Below are positions 24,542-34,927 of a stretch of DNA of 47,969 nt, in pieces. Under the pieces are notes generated by a model. The model was not told the origin of the DNA. It worked only from the letters and a program-made list of their open reading frames with translations, and searched no databases. Position numbers and translations under genes: made by a program. This DNA is from Balamuthia mandrillaris. Taxonomy: Eukaryota. Where the stretch lies: the NCBI GenBank assembly GCA_031835245.2, contig JAVKOQ020000057.1, forward strand, positions 186,001-233,969. Direction: 5' to 3'. Position 1 is the stretch's first letter. Each line of letters begins with the position of its first letter.

Positions 24542-24836
24542 CTCTCTTTCTTCCTTTCTTTCTGCCCTCTTCCGCACAACATCAACACAAATGCTGTTAT
24601 CATTGGTCAGTACTTGTGTACAATCTCCATTGCACAAATGGAGCAACAATTTTGAAGAGTTTGTTCAAAAGAACAGGGCAGGTCAGTCTGTCCTCATTAT
24701 CTGCATATTTTGACCTCGCTTAAATGCAAAAATAAAATCCAAAAAAAAAAAAGATTAGAAACTCTTTCTCTCTGTCTCTCCTCCTCCTCTCTCCTCCTCC
24801 TTGTTCTTCTTCGTCTTTCGTCTCTCTTCTGCCCTC

Positions 24837-26341
24837 ATGTTGTCCCTTTTTTCGCTGGAGACCTTGCAGCAGGTGCGTTACGAGGCGGTCTCCACCTTGC
24901 AGCACGGCCTTCGGCAGGTGCCCTGGTTCAACGTCACCATCATCGGCTCCCTCGTCTTCTTCATGCTGGAGTGCTACCTGGACTTTCGGCAGATCCGACG
25001 CTTGGTCACCCCGCAGATCCCCCCTATCCTCCACCAATGGGTCACCATCGATGAGGAGCGCATGAAGAAACGTAATTCTTGGGTACGATTACTTACCATT
25101 GAAGAGATTTTTTTCATCTTTTATTTATGTATTTATTTTTATTTTTATTTATGTTTTTTTATTTTTATTTTTATTTGTATTTATTTTTGGTTTTTTATTT
25201 TATTTTATTTTATTGTATTATTTTTATTTTTTTATTTATTGTTTTATTGTTTTATTGTTTTATTTTTATTTATTTTACTTTTGGTTTTTTATTTTTATTT
25301 TTATTTATTTTATTTTATTTTGTTTTGTTTTTTGTGTTTCTTTTTTTTTTGAACAACAACAAAAAACAGAGCATAATGAGACACGTGTTTCATGGAATGC
25401 AAGCCACCCTGATGTTTGTGGGGGAAGGGCTCGTGTTGATGAATGAAGGGCTGGTCTGGGTTTGGTCCTTCACTCTCGTCCTGATGGGCTTCTTCCAGCT
25501 TGGCCCTGAATATGAGGTTTTCTTCTTTGTTCTTTTTCGTTTTTCTTCTTCTTGTTCTTCTTCTTTCTTCTGTTTTCATTTTTTCTTCTTGTTTTTTTCT
25601 TTCTTCTTTCTTCATTCTTCATTCTTCTTTCTGCCTTCATTCATCGTTATTTCGTCTTCCTTTTTTCATTTTTTTCTATTCTCGTAGGTTTATTTCTTAT
25701 CATTGCTTCCTTGCGTTCTCATCTTTTCGTTGCTCTTTTCTTTCCTTTCTTCTCCAGATAACGAGAGGTACTCTGTTCGTTCTGCTGGTGAGCTTCGTGA
25801 CGTCTATGGTAAGGGTTCCTTTCGCTCTGTTCAAGCTGTTGTGTGTGGACATGTCCTTTCGGGTGGAGCGGCTGCCGGCCATCCTTTGGTCGTGGTTTTG
25901 GACTCAATCCAAGATGTTTGCTCTGTCCTTGTGCGTTGGCATTCCTCTTATGATGTTCGCTCTCGCGTTGCTCAAATGGAATCTGCGGTTCTATTGGCTT
26001 TGTAACCTTCTTTCTTCTCGTCCTCCTTTTCTCTTCTTGTCAACTTGCTTCTTTGTTATTTCTTCTCTGTTATGCTCCTTCTGTTTCACATCTTCTTCCT
26101 TCTCGTGCTAATTGAATCTGTGACACAAAAGACATGTGCATATTCATGACGTTCATAGCTGTTCTCTTTACGGACATCTACGACATTATTGCTCCTTTCT
26201 TTTACACTTTCTCCGTTCTTCCTTCGGGTGAGCTCCGTGATGAGATCACTCGCCTTGCTACTGCTCTTCGCTTTCCGCTTTCGCAGATCCTTGTCCTAGA
26301 AAAGAGTCCCAATTTTGTTGCACATTCCAACGCGTACGTTG

Positions 26342-26394
<53 letters not shown>

Positions 26395-26781
26395 CCTCTC
26401 GCTCTCCCGTGTTCCAATCAAACTGATTTGATTATTACTTCTATATGAATGGATGGATGAAAACAGTTTCCTGATGGGCTATCGCTTTTCTAAGAAGATA
26501 GTACTATATAAACCACTGCTTCATCAGCTCAAAACCAAAGAAATCCTCGCCATCATTGGTCATGAGATTGGCCACCATGTTTACTTTCGTTAGTATTTCC
26601 GTTACTTTGTTTTGCTATTCTGCTTCTCTTTCTGTTTGCCTTATTTCTTATCGTTGAACTGCCCTTAGACACTCTCAAAACGTTGGTGATTCAACTGCTC
26701 AGCTTGGCTACGTTCATCTTCCTCTTCTCTCGTGTAGTTTATATGCCAGAGTTTTATGCCAGCTTTGGCTTTTCCAAACCC

Positions 26782-26824
<43 letters not shown>

Positions 26825-27251
26825 ATCTCTTTTCTTTCATTCAGTTGCTCATTATTTCTGGGCAGGCGGCAATCGGGTTGGTCCTTTTTTCTTATATCTA
26901 TTCTTCTTTCGCGAATCTGTTGCACTGGCTTACCAACTCTATCAACCGACGGTTCTTTATTTCCTTCTTTCTAATTATTTTTTCTATCTTACTGATTCTT
27001 AGACCTTGCTCTTCTGGAAACAAATACCTTTTACTAGGTTTGAGTTCTCAGCAGACGCCTATGCAATAGAGAATGGTTTGACGAAGCTTCGTAGCGCTCT
27101 CATCAAGATCCATGCCAACAATCTTTTGAACGTAATGCCAGATCCATGTTATGCCCATTACCACTACTCCCACCCTTCGTTGGTCGAACGATTGGAATGC
27201 ATCGAGCGGTTAACGAACTCCGCTGCTTCAATGGAAAAGAAAGAGCAGTAA
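24837..27251 (+). CDS. STE24: CAAX prenyl protease 1 (STE24/ZMPSTE24, peptidase M48)
   Basis: YLDFRQ, several TM helices, IIAPFFYTFSVLPSGELRDEI, HSNA, zinc motif ILAIIGHEIGH (~26540-26577), RRFEFSADAYA, YHYSHPSLVERL. Confidence 0.9.
25115..25350. repeat. Degenerate (TTTTA/TTTTTA)n low-complexity tract in a STE24 intron
   Basis: Seen directly, inside intron ~25083-25368. Confidence 0.85.
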
Positions 27252-27289
27252 ACATGTATACAATGACGCAAATCTCTTTTTTTTTTTTC

Positions 27290-28040
27290 AAACTTTACGG
27301 CGCAAAGCGGCTTGGATAGGATCAGCTTAACACTTGCATGCCGACAGAAGACACAATGGGTCCTATGGAAGAAGCGCAAACGCTTGTATACACGTGGAAA
27401 AAGAAGTCACACGAAAAAGCGATTTCAGAAAATATGCAAGGCTCATTCTCTTCATCCATGCTTGGTGCTCGACAAGAATTCCATTTGCACCAACCAGCCT
27501 TGGAATGTTCACAATCCAGATTTCACCGACAGATCTTCCATGCGGAAGGTAATTACCAACGTGCCACCAGCGGCCTTGCTGTCAGGAACGAGAAACGCCG
27601 AGTCGAAGCCACACCACGTATTGTCGTAGCCAACGAACTTTGGATGGATCATGCCGACAAACTTTGCATGCGCCGCCATCAGGATGGAGTTCGCAGGTTG
27701 CTGTGGAGGGCGTAAGATTGAATGACTACCAAACGCCCTGCCTGTTGAATCATTGTGGTAAGGAAGGGAAACAAAACAAGAAAAAAGAGATATGTCCAAA
27801 CGAACCCAAGAAAACCAGCTCAGTTGCAATGTCTGCACCGAATCGTACTGGTCTTCCGTATTAGCAGGAAGTGGACACTTGAATGCACAATTGTTGGTAT
27901 CGCCCAGGTTTTCCAATGGCGGTTTGCAATGAGACGGACTTGGATGGCCAGCGCTTCGATCAAACAACTTAAGCAGTACCATATTTTTCGCATCTGGAGC
28001 GACAATTTTGAATTTGGCTTGGGTACAGCTTTCCGCCTAC
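27290..28040 (-). pseudogene. Probable pseudogene fragment of an amoebozoan 7TM GPCR (Frizzled/Smoothened-like or cAR-like)
   Basis: HCKPPL...NCAFKCPLPANTEDQYDSV resembles the pre-TM1 Cys linker of Fsl-type receptors; KSGL*TFQGWLVQMEFLSST resembles TM3 CxxQGxxxQxxxLSS with the Cys codon as TGA (27511-27509); several more in-frame stops follow. Confidence 0.5.
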
Positions 28041-28283
28041 ACCTGTGATGGTTGCGCAAGGCCTCAAAAACGTCGTCATTTGCGTTTTGTCATTTCATGT
28101 AACACCATTAATGGTGTAATGAATGAACATTTCCAAGAAGGAGGCGGCTACGGGTCACGACATTTCCACCCGCAAGGCACGAAGATCATTCGCACGAGGC
28201 TGAGAAAAACAACCATACAGACATAAAACTCTCACAAATAAAACAAAAGGCAGGCCTGCTTGGAGAGAGTTTCTGTCTCACAA

Positions 28284-31012
28284 ATGGCAGCAACAAGAAC
28301 TACAACGGCCTCATCGCAACAGCAAAGGCGTGCGCCACACGTCGATGAGCTCCCTGCAGAGGTTCAGCGCCTGGTGGCCAACTTGCTGGAACCGCAGGAC
28401 AAGCTCCGCTTGCGGCAGGCCAGCCGCCGTTGGTTGGAGTTGGTGCACTCCTCCAGTCCTGCTCTGCGTAGAAGCATTCGCGTGGCCGCCCTGAAAGGAG
28501 TTTCTAGGGCGCTTCGCCAGGACTCTCTCTTTTGTTGCGGTGGCGCTACGGAGCTTTCTCATCCCCTTCGTTTGTCCTTCCAGAAGAGTGTGGCAAGGAC
28601 GACAACAAACGAAGGAGAAGGCGAGGAGCTCGTTTCAGGGTTTTTGTCCTTTCCGCTGGTGAAGGCTGAAGGGACGAGACGTGGAAGCGTGGAGGAGCTA
28701 GAAGGAGAGGCGCTGGCGGGCCTGATAAAGTGTTGTTCGGCGGCCACGTTCGGCAAGGGCAGCAAAGAGGTGTTGGACCCGAGCTATCGGCGTGCGTTGC
28801 AGCTCTCACCCGACCATTTCCTCACCAACTTTGTCCCTTCTGAAAATGACATTCTCGACAAGGTTCCACCTTTCACTTGTTCTTCTTCTTATTCTCCTTG
28901 TTCTTCTTGTTCTTCTTTCTTCTTTTTTTTCTTCTTCTTCTACTTCTTCTTTCTTCTCTTCTTTGCTCATCTCTTTCACGAACACCAACACAAAGATAGA
29001 GAGAATACTGGCGCCAAACAGCTGGAAGGTTCGAGCAGAGCTGTACAAGCTGAACGTCTATCCTGAGGGCGGACACTTCAAAGCCCACGTGGACACACCG
29101 CGCGGGGACGGCATGTTCGGCTCGTTGGTGGTCTGCCTGCCGACATGCTTCCAAGGAGGGGAGCTGGTGGTGAGACAGGCGCCATCGGAGGTGGTCTTCG
29201 ACTTGGCCTCCACGACCAAAGTGAGCAGCGCAGCGGGAGAACAGCTTGCGGGAGATGATGGCGACCCTAGTCAGTTGAACGAGCCAGAAGGCGAGGCAAA
29301 GCGACCACAGCCCAAGGAAGCACATCCTGAGCGCTGCTCGGTGAAGTGGGCGGCGTTTTATGCGGACTGTGAGCATGAAATCCTTCCCGTCACGGCAGGG
29401 CACCGCATCACCCTCACCTACAACCTTTACAGCGAACGTGCCCAGCACTTGCATGAGCACAAGAAGGAGAAGGAGGAGGAGGAGGAGGAGGAAGAGGAGG
29501 AGGAAAGAGATGAAGAGGAGGAGGAAAAAGATGAAGAGGAGGAAGAAAAGAAGTACAAAACGACAGCAGAGAAAAAAGCAGAACCCAAGAACCCAAGAGA
29601 GCCCGAATGCAAGCAGCACAAAACGGCAGCAGAGAAAAAAGCAGAACCCAAGAGTTCAAGAGCCCCGAACGCAAGCAGCACAAAACGGCAGCAGAGAAAA
29701 AAGCAGAACCCAAGAACCCAAGAGAGCCCGAATGCAAGCAGCACAAAACGGCAGCAGAGAAAAAAGCAGAACCTAGGAACCCAAGAGAACCCAACGCAAG
29801 CAGCACAAAACGGCAGCAGAGAAAAAAGCAGAACCCAAGAACCCAAGAGAGCCCGAATGCAAGCAGCACAAAACGGCAGCAGAGAAAAAAGCAGAACCCA
29901 GGAACCCAAGAGAACCCCAACGCAAGCAGCACAAAACGGCAGCAGAGAAAAAAGCAGAACCCAAGAGTTCAAGAGAGCCCGAACGCAAGCAGCACAAAAC
30001 GGCAGCAGAGAAAAAAGCAGAACCCAAGAACCCAAGAGAGCCCGAATGCAAGCAGCACAAAACGGCAGCAGAGAAAAAAGTTGAGCCCAAGAGTCCAAGA
30101 GAGCCCGAATGCAAGAAGAGAGGTCTTGACGAGGAGTCGCCTGGGGAGAAGGAAGAGGCAGGCTGGAGCTCAAAGAAAGAGCAAATGCCCAAGAGCAAGA
30201 CGAGGAAAACGGAAGGCGAGTTCCCACAAGCGAGTAGGACCCGTGGCAGCCCATCCACGATCCCCACCAAGCGCGTGTTGGACATGGACATGGTGAGGAA
30301 GCACCTCGCGGCCATCCTTGCGGACCCGGACTGCTTTCCCGAGGGTGTCACTCTGGCCTTCCACTGCCAGCACAGCTATTCGACGGAGCAGTTCTCCCAA
30401 GCCCCCACGCTCTCCGCGTTGCTCAAAGGCTTTGACGCGCTGGTGCAGGAGGCTGCCACTAGCCTCGGCTTGGAGACCTCCCTCCGCTGCTTCTTTGCTC
30501 TGGATCTCTGCTCATCGGTGCCATCAGAACTCAGCCCAAAGGCCTTGCTGGTGTTCGAACGCTTTCCGAGGAAGATAGAGATCACGAACGAATGCGTTGG
30601 CGAAGGGGAGTACGACAATGAACTCGAGTACATCTGCGCCAAGTTCAAGCCGAAGCTTCTCGTGGAAGCCTTCCCACCGTTGGACCCTTTGTTGCAGCAA
30701 CGCAAAAGAGAGGCAGAGCTCATCAAACAGCTAATGGGTCCCACATGGGGGGAAACAGAGGAGGAAGCGCGCCAGGAGGTGCAAGGGATAGTCGAAGAAG
30801 AGGGAAGCGAGAGGGCGAAACTTGAGAGGGATCTGCCGAAACAGCTCGTGCAGTGGTGCACCGACCAGCCGCAACTGGCCAAAGACTTAGTTGTGGCGGT
30901 AACGGCGGCGTATGGCAACGAGCCTTCCACCGAGTGCTTTTACGCCTCGGCCATGCTCTTCGTGGAAATTCCTCCTCCCTCCTTCCCAACAGCAGGAGAA
31001 ACCGAACCATGA
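28284..31012 (+). CDS. F-box + 2OG-Fe(II) oxygenase protein, frame broken inside a minisatellite in this sequence
   Basis: F-box DELPAEVQRLVANLLEPQDKLRLRQASRRW; intron 28863-28995; KLNVYPEGGHFKAHVDT (HxD), GSLVVCLP..FQGGELVV, AFYADCEHEILPVTAGHRITLTYNL (H...R). The family-type C-terminal domain (LADPDCFPEG..LKGFDA..AYGNEP) lies in a different frame. Confidence 0.8.
29556..30115 (+). repeat. Coding minisatellite, 9 units of 63 bp (two are 62 bp)
   Basis: Unit starts at 29556, 29619, 29681, 29744, 29806, 29869, 29932, 29995 and 30058; the consensus encodes HKTAAEKKAEPKNPREPECKQ. Confidence 0.95.
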
Positions 31013-31158
31013 TGCTCTGAAGAGAACGAGAGAAAGAAAGAAAGGAGAGAGAAAGGAGACAGAAAGCAGAGAGAGCAGAGATGATGGCAGGGAGAATAAC
31101 AAAGGAAAAACCTTATTTTTGCGTTTGTAATATTAAAACGAAGAATATAACCGTCTTT

Positions 31159-31365
31159 CTAGACAATGCGTTCAAGCTCTTTGGCGTAGGCGAGGGTCTG
31201 GCCGATTACATTGATGGAGGGGATCTGAGGCAACTCCTCCTTTTTCTTTTGAAGATTAATCGTATCGCCCACTACCTCCCATCCTCTCTGCGTGTTGTTT
31301 TTTTAACACAGTGGAAACGAATGAGAAAGTCTTCTCGACAAGAAAGCCACTGCAAAAGAGAGAGC

Positions 31366-31401
<36 letters not shown>

Positions 31402-31557
31402 CGAACCTCAGTAGCATAAGAGAGGAGAGACTCGCTGTCCCTAAAGTGTAAAAGCTCTTGGGCTGCCTTTACTGAAAGAGATTCATATGCCTTTTCACTG
31501 CATTCTGCAATTTCATCTCTTTTATGACCATACAAATGAGCATTCAACCAAAAAAAC

Positions 31558-31601
<44 letters not shown>

Positions 31602-32531
31602 GAGAGCAGAGTGAGAGAGATAGTTAGTTACTTAAGTCTAGTCTCCAACAAGTACTCCATGAAGAAGGAATAAGTATCAGAGGGGACGTCTTTGGCCGCC
31701 TCAAAGACTTTGTTGTAGGAACCCTCCATAATGTACTGCTCTAACATGACAGGGTGTTTGATGTAGACATTCTCGTGTTGCTCTACTGGGATCAGCTCCA
31801 GCTCTGTATGAAAGTCAGAGATGCGATTCAGCGCCAACAGGCGAAGCAGGTTCAATCCCAAGATGGTGTATTGGAGAGGTGAAGGAGGAAGATCTTTGAA
31901 GCGGCTGATATGACAAAGAGGAAAAAGAACACAACAATGCGACTTTAGAAATAGAACGAGAAGGAAGAAGGAAGATGAAGATGAAGAACAACAGAAGAGA
32001 AAAGAGAGCAAACGAAAGAGGCAGAGAACGAAGCGAGAGAGGGAGAGCAGAGTAGGCGTATTACTTTGAGTCATAGTAAGTTTTGAGTTGAGCGAGATGG
32101 CGTTCAAACGAGGCAGGGTCCCGTTGCTTCACTGACAACAAGACCGCATGTTCCAATATTTCCCCTTTTTGATGGAAGGAGGAGGAAAAAAAGGTCAAAT
32201 CTTCAGCTGAACAAAAAAAAAATGGTGAAGTTTGTTATGCTTTGCCACGTACTTGAGATGAAGGCTTCTCTGAGAGCTTCTGGGGAGACATCTTTTCCAG
32301 GCAACAAGAACGTGAAGTTGGTCATCAAGATCTTTGTGTACGATTCAGATTAAGAGAGAGATTAAAAAGGCGTTCGAAAGCCACTGGCACGGAAAAAATA
32401 AAAAAAAAAAAACAAGCAAGTACTTTGAGATCCGTGAGCATCTGCGAGGCCTCCTCGAGGCTGGTGTTGCTGCTCTTCACCTCATCCCGAAAAGCGTTGA
32501 ATTTCTGGGTCACCTCACCGATCGAAGCCAT
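31159..32531 (-). CDS. RPN12: 26S proteasome lid subunit Rpn12/PSMD8
   Basis: ILEHAVLLS, FERHLAQLKTYY, ILGLNLLRLLALNRISDFHTELELIP, IKHPVMLEQYIMEGSYNKV, DEIAECSEKAY, C-terminus LAYAKELERIV*. Confidence 0.96.
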
Positions 32532-32854
32532 GGGGCTAATTTGTTTTTTTTTTGGTCGTTTGTCGGTTTTCTCTCTCTCTTCTCTCACCACCACTGCCTT
32601 CCTTTCTTTCTTCACTTCTTTTTTTTTTTTTTTGCTGACAACGAAAAAAACAAAAAAATGCGTGGACGAAGCTGCTCCATTTCTGCTTTGTTGCTTCAGT
32701 TTATCTGCACTTTTATTGCACCACAGTAGATGAGATGTTTCGAGACGACACGATCTTGTTTTGTTTTGTGGAAGTCGAAAAATTTCGGAGAAACGCATAA
32801 TTTTTCCAGGAATTCATTGAATTTGTCGACAACGAAGATCTAGCGTTACCCAAG

Positions 32855-33602
32855 ATGAGGATGTCCGTCGGCACCAAGCCCACGCTCACGTACTTCAACT
32901 TTGCTGGCAGAGGTGAGGTTCCCCGCCTGATCTTGGAGCTGGCCGGTGCCGACTACGAGTGGGTGGGCCTGTCGTTCCATGGCTCCGAGGGCGGAGATTG
33001 GGGAGAGTACAAGAGCCAGCACGGCGAGGCCTTGGCCTTTGGCCAGGTGCCACGCTACCAGGACCCCGAAGCCGGGCTTGACCTCGTCCAAAGCAACGCT
33101 ATCACTCGCTGCCTTGCCCAAAAGCATGGCTTCAATGGTTCGGTTTTGTTGCTCTTCTTTTCTGTTTCACTCTCCTTTTTTTTTGTCATCTCCGTCAAAC
33201 TCCCAACAAAAAGGTGCAAACGAGACGGAAGCTGCTCTGATCGACCAGTTCAACGAAGGCATTGGCGAGTTTGGTTTATGCGGTGGCAAGGCTGTGTTCC
33301 CTCCACCAGGGGAGGACCCCTCCAAAGTTGCCGAGCTGCGTGGCAAGTTCCTCTCGGAGGACATGCCCAAATGGTTGGGCTTCTTCGAGCGGGCCCTCGC
33401 CAAGAACGGCACCGGCTACTTTGTTGGGGAGAACGTCTCCTACGCGGACCTTCAGCTGCTGGTAGTGTTGCACTTCTTGTTCCGGATGGAGGGCGTGCGT
33501 GAGGGCTTGGAGAACTTTCCGCGAGTGAAGGCCACCTACGAGAAGGTGGCCAACCTGCCCAAGGTCAAGGCGTACTACGACTCAAAGCCCTACAGCTTTT
33601 AA
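32855..33602 (+). CDS. Glutathione S-transferase (sigma/pi-like, Tyr type)
   Basis: LTYFNFAGRGEVPRLILE, FGQVP, QSNAITR; intron 33138-33213; YFVGENVSYADL, LENFPRV. Confidence 0.93.
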
Positions 33603-33604
33603 CC

Positions 33605-33682
33605 AAGAAGAAGAAGAAGAAGAAGAAGAAGAAGAAGAAGAAGAAGAAGAAGAAGAAGAAGAAGAAGAAGAAGAAGAAGAAG
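33605..33682. repeat. (AAG)26 microsatellite immediately after the GST stop codon
   Basis: Perfect run seen directly. Confidence 0.95.
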
Positions 33683-33756
33683 AACAAGAAGAACAGCATA
33701 AATAATTATTATTAAAAATAAATTCTTTATTTGGGGACGAAAGGAAAAAGAAAAGA

Positions 33757-34770
33757 ATGAAAAGAAAGAGCGCACTTGGTCGGCACACCAGCGAAGAGAA
33801 TGAGGCGGAGGATCAACGGAGCTCCGAGAAGCATTGCATCACTTCGAAGCGTCGTCGCGGGTACGTGAGCAATGGAAACAAAGCAGACAAACAAAAAGAG
33901 ACCGAGGAATACCTAGACAGCGGAGAAGATGAGGAAGACTCTGACAATGAAGCAGAAGAGGAAAAACCGGAAGAAGAGGAGGAAGAGGAAGAGGAAGAGG
34001 AAGAGGAAGAGGAAGCGGAAGAAGAAGAAGAAGAAGAACAAGAGGAGGAGGAGAAAAAAGTATCCGCTAACTCCTCCTCACCTTATCCACCATGGATAGA
34101 ATATCCCAAAGGACAATGGGGCAGCGAGCCACCTCCTAAAGGCCGCAGCGCCACCGACAACCGCCCTCTTCTCGCCTTTCCCTCACGCGCCTCCTGGCGA
34201 GCGTGGCTCAGTGCCAATCATGTCACCGGCAGCAACGGCATATGGCTGGTCTACATGCGCAAGGGGAGCAACCTGCCCTCTGTCACATATAACGAAGCCG
34301 TGGAGGAGGCGCTTTGCTTTGGTTGGATCGACTCAACGTGGAACAGTTGGGACGCTCGACGAAGCGCCCAGCTGTTCACTCCAAGAAAGAAAGGCAGCGT
34401 CTGGTCCAAGCTCAACAAACAGCGGGTGGCCAAGTTGGAGGAGCAAGGCCTGCTTCAACCTGCCGGCTTGGAGAAGATCCAGCGAGCCAAGGAGGACGGT
34501 TCCTGGTCCCTTCTAGACTCTGCTGAGGCCTTGGAGATCCCTGAGGACCTCGCCGCAGCCTTTGAACGGCATGGAGGCAAAGGGCGGACCCATTTCGAGT
34601 CCTGGGCACCCTCCGCCAGGCGGAGCATCTTGGGATGGATCTCGCTGGCCAAGCGACCCCAAACCAGAGCCAAGAGGGTGGAGGAGACAGCGGCCGCTGC
34701 GGAGCAAGGCAAGAAAGCCCTCTCTTGGGCTGGTCCCAACAAGAAAGAAGAAGAATCCCAACCGTCGTAA
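33757..34770 (+). CDS. YdeI/OmpD-associated (OmdA) family protein with basic and acidic N-terminal extension; intronless
   Basis: WRAWLSANH...GIWLVYMRKG...VTYNEAVEEALCFGWIDS...FTPRKKGSVWSKLNKQRV...AGLEKIQRAKEDGSW...IPEDL...WISLAKRPQTRAKRV is the bacterial YdeI/OmdA pattern. Confidence 0.9.
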   Translation: MKRKSALGRHTSEENEAEDQRSSEKHCITSKRRRGYVSNGNKADKQKETEEYLDSGEDEEDSDNEAEEEKPEEEEEEEEEEEEEEEAEEEEEEEQEEEEKKVSANSSSPYPPWIEYPKGQWGSEPPPKGRSATDNRPLLAFPSRASWRAWLSANHVTGSNGIWLVYMRKGSNLPSVTYNEAVEEALCFGWIDSTWNSWDARRSAQLFTPRKKGSVWSKLNKQRVAKLEEQGLLQPAGLEKIQRAKEDGSWSLLDSAEALEIPEDLAAAFERHGGKGRTHFESWAPSARRSILGWISLAKRPQTRAKRVEETAAAAEQGKKALSWAGPNKKEEESQPS

Positions 34771-34927
34771 CCTCATGCCGACACATAGTTCTTGAAAATT
34801 CATGTCGTCCTGTGATATGTCGACACATTTCTTTTTATATGAAAATGGGTGACGTCATCAAAGATAAACGCCTTTTCGTGCAGCAAAGATAAAACAAACA
34901 GAACAAACCACCAAATAGCTGTTTTCT

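Noticed and set aside
24501..24713. STE24 N-terminal exon overlapping the LYR gene antisense
   Set aside because: Splicing from the donor at 24682 to the acceptor near 24758 is out of frame with STE24; ATG 24837 gives a normal start.
25099..25687. Long F/Y/I/L-rich membrane-protein ORFs
   Set aside because: Translations of T-rich intronic low-complexity sequence within STE24.
6293..27511. Alternative genetic code (TGA reassigned)
   Set aside because: In-frame TGA occurs only in two decayed loci that also carry other lesions; conserved genes use TGG for Trp and several end at TGA.
29556..30115. CRISPR array
   Set aside because: Head-to-tail tandem units with no unique spacers, no cas genes, eukaryotic context.
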